This document shows, piece by piece, positions 1 through 7,495 of a stretch of 32,305 nucleotides of DNA (the stretch's first letter is position 1; each line of letters starts with the position of its first letter). Under the pieces are notes generated by a model that saw nothing but the letters and a program-made list of their open reading frames with translations, was not told the origin of the DNA and did no database searches. This stretch comes from a virus (taxonomy: Duplodnaviria > Caudoviricetes). The position numbers and the translations under genes were made by a program. The stretch lies in IMG/VR virus record IMGVR_UViG_3300031605_000016, positions 1 to 32,305 of that record; one strand, given 5' to 3'.

Positions 1-58
1 GCTGTCCCCCTCTGAATATTATATGAAAGTGTGGAATAAGTTTGTGCCTTGGCCGTGA
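1..58 (+). CDS. Possible 3' end of an upstream gene (partial)
   Basis: Frame 2 is open from the window edge (LSPSEYYMKVWNKFVPWP) to TGA at 56-58; too short to verify. Confidence 0.3.
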   Translation, partial: LSPSEYYMKVWNKFVPWP

Positions 59-69
59 TGTAAAACAAA

Positions 70-98
70 TTGACATTATTGCAGACTTGTGGTATGAT
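70..98 (+). promoter_or_regulatory. Sigma70-type promoter with extended -10
   Basis: TTGACA (70-75), a 17-nt spacer, TATGAT (93-98), with TG at 90-91; lies upstream of the 118 and 259 ORFs. Confidence 0.7.
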
Positions 99-117
99 CA
101 TACTATAAGAAGGCAAA

Positions 118-246
118 ATGCGCAACATATTATTTTTTGTTCTTGATACGACAATTAAAGTGATTCTTTTTGAAATATTCTATGGTTTCGGCGCAGTCGT
201 TATCCATCCAATTTTGCAGCATTTTTTTACACTATTTTTAAATTGA
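118..246 (+). CDS. Small hydrophobic hypothetical protein (42 aa), not in the ORF track
   Basis: ATG at 118 after AGAAGG; MRNILFFVLDTTIKVILFEIFYGFGAVVIHPILQHFFTLFLN; TGA at 244-246 abuts the GGAGG of the next gene. Confidence 0.5.
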   Translation: MRNILFFVLDTTIKVILFEIFYGFGAVVIHPILQHFFTLFLN

Positions 247-258
247 TGGAGGAAATAA

Positions 259-3200
259 TTGAAGTTTGCACATATTGCGGATACTCATATAAAGAATTTA
301 AAATTTCACGATGAGTATCGCATCGTATTTGAGCAGATATATAAGGCGTTGAGAGAGAAAAAAGTAGATTATATTGTCCACTGTGGAGATATAGCACACA
401 CAAAAACTCAAATTTCACCCGAATTTGTTGATATGTGTTCGCAGTTTTTTCGAAACTTGTCTATGATTGCTCCTACCTATATTATTTTAGGAAATCATGA
501 TGGCAATCTGAAAAACTGTAGCCGCCAAGACGCCCTCACACCGATTGTAGAAGCACTCAATGTGGGCAACTTGCACCTATTGAAGAAGTCTGGTGAAACC
601 CACCTAAGTGATAAGTTTTGTTTGAACGTTCTCTCAGTGTTTGATCGAGAGAACTGGATAAAACCATCTACAAAAAATAAGATCAATATCGCTTTATATC
701 ACGGTTCTATTAGTGAGTGCCAAACTGACGCTAATTGGACAATGCATTCAGGAGAAGATGAAATTGATATTTTTGATGATTTTGATTTTGGTATGTTGGG
801 GGATATCCACCGCCGACAGTTTTTAGATAAAGCAGGCCGCGTTTGGTATGCTGGCTCAACCATACAACAAAACCACGGCGAACTTGATGATAAAGGAATT
901 TTAATTTGGGACATCAAGGACAAGGATAATTGGGAAGTAGAGCCAGTTATTTTTAAAAATCCAAAGTCTTTTTTTACAATTTCTTTAACGCCAACGGGGC
1001 GTATGCCTCGCAATATTAAAGTGCCCCCGAACGCTCGCTTAAGATTAGTGAGTGAAAACAATCTTCCTCTTAATTCTATGCGGCGAGCAATAGATGTTGC
1101 CAAGTATCGATTCAAACCAGAGAGTCTTTCTTTTCTGAATCGTGCGGCTGGCGATAGAGGATCCTTTAAAGAAATCGCAGATGAATTTCGTACCGAAAAC
1201 CTGCGCGATGTTAACTTACAAGAAGAATTAATAGCAGAATATCTTAAAGGCTATCAAACAAGTTCAGAAATTTTAGATACGGTATACGAACTCAATCGTA
1301 AATACAATAAAATTGTTGAGGATTCAGAAGAAATCTCAAGAAATATTAATTGGAAAATTAATCACTTTCAATGGGACAATCTGTTTAATTACGGAAAGGG
1401 GAATTCAATTGATTTTAATGGGATGTCAGGTATTATTGGAATCTTTGGAAAGAACTTTTCTGGGAAGAGTTCTATTATCGATGCTGTTCTTTATACTCTC
1501 TTTAACACCACCACAAAAAACGAAAGAAAAAACCTCAACGTTATCAACCAAAATAAAGACTTTGGAAGAGGTGAATTAAAGATCCAAATCGGTCATAAAC
1601 GATATACGATTACCAGGGCTTCAGAAAAGTATACTAAGCGTCTTAAGAAAGAGGAGACGGTAGAAGCCAAGACAGATTTAAATTTTGAAGTCTATGATGA
1701 AACCACTGGAGAAACAACCTCATTAAACGGCATCACACGCAATCAGACGGATGCAAATATTCGCAAGCGGTTTGGTACTATGGAAGATTTTTCAATGTCT
1801 TCGCTCGCCTCACAGCACGGTGCATTCTCATTTGTGGACGAAGGCTCCACCAAAAGAAAAGAGATTATAGCCAAATTTCTAGATTTGGAGATATTTGATC
1901 GGAAATTTAAGTTAGCAAAAGAGGATTCGATAGAGACGAAAGTTTTGTTGAAGAAGAATCAAGATCGTGATTTTCAAATTGAAATTGAAAGTATGATCAA
2001 AGAGTTAAAGAAAGCAAAAGAGATTTCAAACAAAAACCAACAAACTTGTATTTTCCTTAGAAAAGAAATGAATTTATTAGAAACTAACTTATTTTCTTTG
2101 AATGAACAGATTCAAGCTTTACCCGGAGAATACATTGACATTAGCAAAGTTTTATTAGCCCGAGAACAAAAAAGCAGTTTGCTGAGAATTGCAAAAGAAA
2201 GGAACACTAACGATAGAAATTCAATCAACAAGAAATCTCAAATATTAAAAGAAGCACAAGAGTTGATTGATCGATTTGACATAAAAGAATTACTCAACAA
2301 GAAATCTACTGCTGATATAATGCAGATTCTTGTGGCAAAACTCGAAGAAGAACTGGACGCTATCGCCAAAAAACGCCGCTTATTGAAAAGCATTCCTTGT
2401 GGAGATTCGTTTCCTAAATGCCGATTCATTAAAGATGCTCACGCTTCTGTTAAAACCGTTGCGACAGTTAAACAAAAATTGCAAAAAACATCTAAAGTCT
2501 TAGTTGAAATGGATTTAAGCACGATTGAAAGGAGGATTATTCAACACGGCAAATTGGCAGAATTAATCAGAAGATTACAGATAGAATTAAATGCGCTAAA
2601 ATTACAAAGAGAAAAAACTAAAAATTCTATAGTCAACTTGGAAATTGATCTTGAAAATACACAGTCCAAAATTGAAGAATATAATGAGAATAAAGATGTA
2701 ATTGAAAACCTGGAAAGCCTTTCGAAACAAAAAGTCACTTATGAGAGCGAAACAGCATCAACAAGGATTAAGATCGAAAAGTGCGAGAAAAAGACATTTG
2801 AACTTTACAAAACGGTAGGTTCAAAAGAGCAAATGCTTCAATCTCTCAAAGAAGAAAAGTTATCTCATCTCAGACTTCGAAAAGAATACACTGCTTACGA
2901 TCTTTTTATGAGGTGTATGCATGCTAATGGGATCGCTTATGGCGTAATAAAAAAGAAAATCCCAGTAATTAATCAAGAGATAGCAAAGATTCTTGCAAAC
3001 ATTGTTGACTTTGAGATTTTCTTTGAGAGCAACGGAAACAAATTTGATATCTTTATTAAACACCCAGAGTTCAACGAAAGACCAATTGAAATGTCTTCTG
3101 GCGCAGAAAGAACAATGGCTGCTATGGCTATTCGTTTAGCATTACTTTCTGTATCCTCATTGCCAAAAGCCGATTTGTTTATTCTTGATGAGCCTGGAAC

Positions 3201-3366
3201 CGCCTTGGACGAGGAAAATATGGAAGGGTTTATTAGGATATTGGAACTAATTAAAGTGTATTTTAAGAATGTTTTAATTATCTCACACCTTGATTCTCTT
3301 AAAGACTGTGTGGATATGCAAATTGTAATTGAAAAAGATAAAGGATACGCAAAAGTTAATCAATAG
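259..3366 (+). CDS. Fused Mre11/SbcD-type nuclease and Rad50/SbcC-type ABC ATPase (T4 gp47+gp46 equivalent)
   Basis: TTG start after GGAGG. N-terminal metallophosphoesterase motifs AHIADTH, GDI, GNHD, GDIH. From about aa 365: Walker A GKNFSGKSS, long coiled coil, central Cys pair, signature-like MSSGAE, Walker B/D-loop FILDEPGTALDEEN, H-loop ISH. Confidence 0.93.
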   Translation: MKFAHIADTHIKNLKFHDEYRIVFEQIYKALREKKVDYIVHCGDIAHTKTQISPEFVDMCSQFFRNLSMIAPTYIILGNHDGNLKNCSRQDALTPIVEALNVGNLHLLKKSGETHLSDKFCLNVLSVFDRENWIKPSTKNKINIALYHGSISECQTDANWTMHSGEDEIDIFDDFDFGMLGDIHRRQFLDKAGRVWYAGSTIQQNHGELDDKGILIWDIKDKDNWEVEPVIFKNPKSFFTISLTPTGRMPRNIKVPPNARLRLVSENNLPLNSMRRAIDVAKYRFKPESLSFLNRAAGDRGSFKEIADEFRTENLRDVNLQEELIAEYLKGYQTSSEILDTVYELNRKYNKIVEDSEEISRNINWKINHFQWDNLFNYGKGNSIDFNGMSGIIGIFGKNFSGKSSIIDAVLYTLFNTTTKNERKNLNVINQNKDFGRGELKIQIGHKRYTITRASEKYTKRLKKEETVEAKTDLNFEVYDETTGETTSLNGITRNQTDANIRKRFGTMEDFSMSSLASQHGAFSFVDEGSTKRKEIIAKFLDLEIFDRKFKLAKEDSIETKVLLKKNQDRDFQIEIESMIKELKKAKEISNKNQQTCIFLRKEMNLLETNLFSLNEQIQALPGEYIDISKVLLAREQKSSLLRIAKERNTNDRNSINKKSQILKEAQELIDRFDIKELLNKKSTADIMQILVAKLEEELDAIAKKRRLLKSIPCGDSFPKCRFIKDAHASVKTVATVKQKLQKTSKVLVEMDLSTIERRIIQHGKLAELIRRLQIELNALKLQREKTKNSIVNLEIDLENTQSKIEEYNENKDVIENLESLSKQKVTYESETASTRIKIEKCEKKTFELYKTVGSKEQMLQSLKEEKLSHLRLRKEYTAYDLFMRCMHANGIAYGVIKKKIPVINQEIAKILANIVDFEIFFESNGNKFDIFIKHPEFNERPIEMSSGAERTMAAMAIRLALLSVSSLPKADLFILDEPGTALDEENMEGFIRILELIKVYFKNVLIISHLDSLKDCVDMQIVIEKDKGYAKVNQ

Positions 3367-3376
3367 GAGATACTTT

Positions 3377-4528
3377 ATGTCGGACGATAATAACAATAAT
3401 GACGATCCTAACGAGTTTTCGTTTTTGCCTCCCGCTGAGGCACCCCCCTCCTTTACTCAGGAGAAAGATCACTATCACGAACAAGTAGCAGCCGAAGACT
3501 TCGGTATGGTAGAAGATTTTGGTTTACAGATGGAATACTCAGACGAAGATCTTCTTCCCGACAACACAGCCCCTTCTTCATTGAATGTGGGTTTTGTTGG
3601 TGTTGGAGGTGGTGGTAATAAAATGGCTAACGCTTTTATTAAACTTGGCTTTAATAAGACTTTGTTGGTTAACACGACTGGAAAAGACATTCCAAAGAAT
3701 GTTGAAGAAGATCATGTGGTCTTGATTCCCGATTCTGATGGAATTGGAAAGAACATTGTATACGGAAAAGAAATATTAAACCAGAACGGTGCCATTATCG
3801 AAGATGCCCTACGCATCAAGTTCGGTAAAGTTGATTGGTTATTTGTTCTCGCAGGTGGTGGCGGTGGAACGGGCAGTTCTGTTATTGCTTTACATCCTGT
3901 CTTTGAGCGTTATATGCGCTCTGTACAATCAGGCGGTAAAATTGTTTATATAGTCTCGTGGCCAACAGCCCAAGAAAATCTCAACCCCACAATCGCCCGC
4001 AACGCGCTGACATTAGCAAATGATGTTTCCAAGTATCCTCATATTGTTCTTGATAACGAACGAGCCACCAGACTGCTTCGTGGGCGAATTGGTATGCTCG
4101 GGATGTATCCAGCCGCCAACACACAGTTTGCGAAGTCATTTGCTCAGGTGCTTAAACTTTCTACTGAGGATTCGCCAATTCAATCTTTTGATAGTAAAGA
4201 TCTAGAAACGTGCTTGGGCAATAATGGCCGAGCCTTTTTAGGTTCAACTATGATAAAAGATCCAAACACTGGAAAACTTGGCTCGGTAATCCTTCACAAC
4301 TGTATGAACCGATCAGCCTGTCCACCACCAAAGGGTAAGGCTGCCGCAGGTTCTTTAATTTTGGTCGCTTCCGAAGAAATGGTTGCAGACCCGAGAGTAA
4401 GTAAACATCTTGAGTCGGCAATCGCCTATGTTGGTGGTCGATGTGAGACGCTTTTCTCTGGCGTTTATGTTAGAAAGAACGTGCCCGGATTGATTGCGAT
4501 ACTAAGTATGAATGGTTTAGATACATAA
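3377..4528 (+). CDS. Tubulin/FtsZ-superfamily GTPase (PhuZ/TubZ/CetZ-like) with an acidic N-terminal extension
   Basis: GVGGGGNKMA, NT, signature loop AGGGGGTGSS, DN, and T7-like SFDSKDL. Start moved from 3329 to the ATG at 3377, which follows AGGAGA. Confidence 0.88.
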   Translation: MSDDNNNNDDPNEFSFLPPAEAPPSFTQEKDHYHEQVAAEDFGMVEDFGLQMEYSDEDLLPDNTAPSSLNVGFVGVGGGGNKMANAFIKLGFNKTLLVNTTGKDIPKNVEEDHVVLIPDSDGIGKNIVYGKEILNQNGAIIEDALRIKFGKVDWLFVLAGGGGGTGSSVIALHPVFERYMRSVQSGGKIVYIVSWPTAQENLNPTIARNALTLANDVSKYPHIVLDNERATRLLRGRIGMLGMYPAANTQFAKSFAQVLKLSTEDSPIQSFDSKDLETCLGNNGRAFLGSTMIKDPNTGKLGSVILHNCMNRSACPPPKGKAAAGSLILVASEEMVADPRVSKHLESAIAYVGGRCETLFSGVYVRKNVPGLIAILSMNGLDT

Positions 4529-4539
4529 GGAATTATCAA

Positions 4540-4953
4540 ATGAAAATCACCAAATCCCAACTAAAAAGAATTATTAAAGAGGAGTTCGAAGCCATAAAAG
4601 AAGGTGGCACTGGCGCCCAAATCGAGGATCTTATGTGGGAACTCCAAAGTCTTATGGAAACTTATGGAGTTACTTCTGACGATTTACGGGCAGTTCTTGA
4701 AGATTTAGACCTGCAATTAAGAGAAGATAAGGAGCCGAACCGCTCGGCTAAAGGCAATGTCACTCAAGCCGCCCGCGAAAAGTATGCGACAGTAGGCGAT
4801 GATGGTTTCCCCATCTTCGACCGGCAGAGTGCAGAGGCTGCTATCGATCTTCGTGGGCACGCTTCCGAAGCCGATCAAAAAAAGATTATTAATAAGGCTG
4901 CCAAGTATGCGCCTGCCGCAGCAAAGAAAGCCAGAGAGGTCGAGAAGAAGTGA
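4540..4953 (+). CDS. Hypothetical protein with MKITKSQLKRIIKEE leader; putative internal head protein
   Basis: AAGGA RBS; leader shared with the ORFs at 4950 and 13214; I/L-x-E sites. Confidence 0.75.
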   Translation: MKITKSQLKRIIKEEFEAIKEGGTGAQIEDLMWELQSLMETYGVTSDDLRAVLEDLDLQLREDKEPNRSAKGNVTQAAREKYATVGDDGFPIFDRQSAEAAIDLRGHASEADQKKIINKAAKYAPAAAKKAREVEKK

Positions 4954-5555
4954 AACTCACACAAAAAAGATTATTAGAAATCATTGAAGAAGAAGTGAGG
5001 TCCGCCGAGCAAGACGTTCCTTTCACGAATGTGGAAGATTTGAACAAAGCCAGGACTGAATTAATAGCCACGCTCAATGCAGCGGATCTAGAATCAGAAA
5101 CTCACAAAGGAACCACTTTACAGAGCATACGAGATCTTATAGATACTCTCAGCGGAAAAGGCAAGACAGTCGGAATTAGAGAATATGGCGGTGCTGCCAG
5201 CAATTTTGGTGGCAAAGTCGGGGGATTGGGCGCAGCACGCACAGATGGTGTTGACATCTCGGATCACGATTTATATGGACCTCAACAGAACGCAGAAGAT
5301 AATTTCATTGGTATTCTAATTGATATTGGTCAGATGTTGGAAGAATGGCAAAGAAAGAAATATTCTTCCGATGAGGCTCGCTATAAGAGTTATTATGAAG
5401 ATTTACAAAACCTATTAGGTGGATACGATCCGTGCGTGCATCATGGAGAAAAATGTGATGATGTGCATCCAAACCAGTCGCATGAAGAATGTATTCAGGT
5501 TACAATTAACGATGGGTTACAAGAGGGAAAATATAATAAAAGAGGTAAAAAATGA
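4950..5555 (+). CDS. Hypothetical protein with MKLTQKRLLEIIEEE leader and a Cys/His cluster
   Basis: GTGA overlap with the upstream stop; leader motif; C-terminal CVHHGEKCDDVHPNQSHEEC. Confidence 0.75.
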   Translation: MKLTQKRLLEIIEEEVRSAEQDVPFTNVEDLNKARTELIATLNAADLESETHKGTTLQSIRDLIDTLSGKGKTVGIREYGGAASNFGGKVGGLGAARTDGVDISDHDLYGPQQNAEDNFIGILIDIGQMLEEWQRKKYSSDEARYKSYYEDLQNLLGGYDPCVHHGEKCDDVHPNQSHEECIQVTINDGLQEGKYNKRGKK

Positions 5556-5752
5556 TGGCACAATCAAAAGCATTCATTGACATATGGTTATCTAAACTAA
5601 CATCCCGCAAGTTACTTGTATGGGGCACCGCTACGGCACTCACATTTTCAGGTCACGTTACGAGCGAAGATTGGGTAATCATTTCAGCAATTTATATTGG
5701 AGGCCAGACTATTATTGATGGGATTTCCAAATTGCGTGGCCATAATGTTTAG
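5552..5752 (+). CDS. Small two-TM membrane protein, holin-like
   Basis: 66 aa; two hydrophobic segments following SRK; Met-Met start; AGAGG RBS; ATGA overlap. The holin function is inferred. Confidence 0.55.
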   Translation: MMAQSKAFIDIWLSKLTSRKLLVWGTATALTFSGHVTSEDWVIISAIYIGGQTIIDGISKLRGHNV

Positions 5753-6116
5753 TAAAATATTGATTAAGTATTGGAGGGAGATTTCGTTATGTATACTTCT
5801 GTTGGCTGTAATAGGCAAATATAGCTACGATCAAAAACAATTTGAAGCGGCTTATGGAACTAGCCAAGAATCAATGGAAAAACAAATAACTCATTTAAAA
5901 GATATTCACCGCCGTGAGATAGAACTTCGCGAGGAGGTTATTGATAAATATAGAGATACCTTAATCAAATTAGAACAGAACTATTTAGAAGCCCAAGTTG
6001 AACTTGAGAAAGAAAGAGAAGAATCTCGTTTCCGTTATATAGAAGATTTCTCTGGCGATCAAAAAAAGATAGTTAACGACATCAAAGAAATTTATGGTTT
6101 TACATATGAGCCTTAG
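5745..6116 (+). CDS. N-terminally anchored coiled-coil protein, i-spanin-like
   Basis: Likely start is the ATG at 5745, overlapping the holin-like gene; TM segment ISLCILLLAVIG followed by a charged helical region. Confidence 0.55.
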   Translation: MFSKILIKYWREISLCILLLAVIGKYSYDQKQFEAAYGTSQESMEKQITHLKDIHRREIELREEVIDKYRDTLIKLEQNYLEAQVELEKEREESRFRYIEDFSGDQKKIVNDIKEIYGFTYEP

Positions 6117-6525
6117 TGTGCTATTGTTGTTTAGCACAATAGCATATGCAGAAGATGTGGGCAAATTTACTATTTTAAGTCAAAATGAAATAGCCCCCTT
6201 CGAAGGAGTATTGTTTGATCCAATTGCGACCGCCGATATCATTGTCGCGAGATCGTTCACATCAGAAGATTGTGAAATCAAGATAAATCACGAGATTGAC
6301 AAGAAAGAGGCTGAATTTACTATAGAAAGAGAAACCCTCAATATTCGCTATAAATCTCTAAGAGACGAATACAGATTGATAACAGAACAAAAAGATTTAG
6401 AAATCGTACAACTAAAAGAATCACTGCTAAAACAATCCCCAAATAATAATTGGTGGTGGGTCACTGGCGGCGCAGTTGTTGGAACGGCTCTAACATACGG
6501 AGCATATAAGGTTTTTAATGAGTAA
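6094..6525 (+). CDS. Exported coiled-coil protein with a signal peptide and C-terminal hydrophobic anchor
   Basis: VLLLFSTIAYA|E resembles a signal peptidase I site; coiled coil; C-terminal WWWVTGGAVVGTALTYGAY. Alternative start at 6106. Confidence 0.6.
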   Translation: MVLHMSLSVLLLFSTIAYAEDVGKFTILSQNEIAPFEGVLFDPIATADIIVARSFTSEDCEIKINHEIDKKEAEFTIERETLNIRYKSLRDEYRLITEQKDLEIVQLKESLLKQSPNNNWWWVTGGAVVGTALTYGAYKVFNE

Positions 6526-6907
6526 ATCTCAGAATGAAATTGTTGCTATCGAAAAAGCCATTTCAAAAAAGTACGGCGATGAAGCGATACAAAACCCAAA
6601 ATCCAACTGGAATCCTGAGAAAGAAAAAGAGTATTTAAAGCAAATGAAGGCTTTATATACTAAAGTTCGGCACAACGAGGAACAGCAGGAAAAAGTAGAC
6701 ATTAATGGTATAAAGGTTTCAAAAAAACTACTTAATAGAGATCCTTTAAAGGGATGTACGGTTTGTGGATGCTTTCCACAAAAATCAATGGATGACGTTT
6801 GTCTTCTTAAATTTGAATGTTGCAGCAAATGCCATATTCAATACGTCGAAGGCAGAGAAGAAAGATGGTTAAAAGGATGGAGACCTAACAATGGCAACAG
6901 TTTATGA
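6518..6907 (+). CDS. Hypothetical Zn-finger protein
   Basis: CTVC...CCSKC cysteine pattern; overlaps both neighbouring genes. Confidence 0.75.
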   Translation: MSKSQNEIVAIEKAISKKYGDEAIQNPKSNWNPEKEKEYLKQMKALYTKVRHNEEQQEKVDINGIKVSKKLLNRDPLKGCTVCGCFPQKSMDDVCLLKFECCSKCHIQYVEGREERWLKGWRPNNGNSL

Positions 6908-7454
6908 AATCGTTCAAGGATTATCTCAAGCAGCCGCAAACGCATATGACGGCGCTTTAGGTGAAGACTATGAACCTGTAAATACGGGCGCTTTGCGTCG
7001 AGAGGAAGGCAATGCTCTTATCGATCAGCGTGTAATGGATGGTTTTAATGTGAGATTTTATGGCAATATGATGTGCCTATCTTACCATTCTGAAATCCAA
7101 CTTAAAGAGGTGTATGCTTCTGGCTTTGAAAGCGAGATAGAGCAAAGGATTGCTGACATCTCTAAGTGGCTTAAAAAGGAATATAAGCGTATCACTGGCG
7201 ATGGTGTGACGTTGACGAAAGAAGGCGAGATTGATGTTCGCGTTGAAAACACTTCCCGTGTCCGCTCGTGGGTCACCGCCCAAATGCAGTATAAAGTAGG
7301 CGGCCTTGATGAGAACATGGAGATAGAGGATCCGTCCCATAATCGACTGGACGCCGGATGGAAGGATTTCCTTGATCAAGGCGGCTGGGATGGCACAGGT
7401 GGTAAGCGCCCTGAAAATGATGATCGCAAGAAAGATAAAGGCCCCGAATCATGA
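6891..7454 (+). CDS. Hypothetical protein upstream of terminase
   Basis: GGAGA RBS; 187-aa ORF with a globular-looking sequence; no recognised motif. Confidence 0.8.
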   Translation: MATVYEIVQGLSQAAANAYDGALGEDYEPVNTGALRREEGNALIDQRVMDGFNVRFYGNMMCLSYHSEIQLKEVYASGFESEIEQRIADISKWLKKEYKRITGDGVTLTKEGEIDVRVENTSRVRSWVTAQMQYKVGGLDENMEIEDPSHNRLDAGWKDFLDQGGWDGTGGKRPENDDRKKDKGPES

Positions 7455-7495
7455 GCCGAAAGAACACTAAATTTATTGATCTTAATGATGTATGA
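7451..7495 (+). CDS. 14-codon bridging mini-ORF (MSRKNTKFIDLNDV)
   Basis: ATGA overlap with the upstream stop (7451-7454) and ATGA overlap with the terminase start (7492-7495). Confidence 0.4.
   Translation: MSRKNTKFIDLNDV

Noticed and set aside
3377-4528. Bona fide cellular ftsZ, i.e. bacterial chromosome or contamination
   Set aside because: No division-cluster neighbours, no C-terminal linker or core peptide, and it is embedded among phage genes.
6822-6836. CSKCH as a c-type heme-binding CxxCH motif
   Set aside because: The protein has no export signal, and the motif pairs with an upstream CxxC, which fits a Zn finger better.
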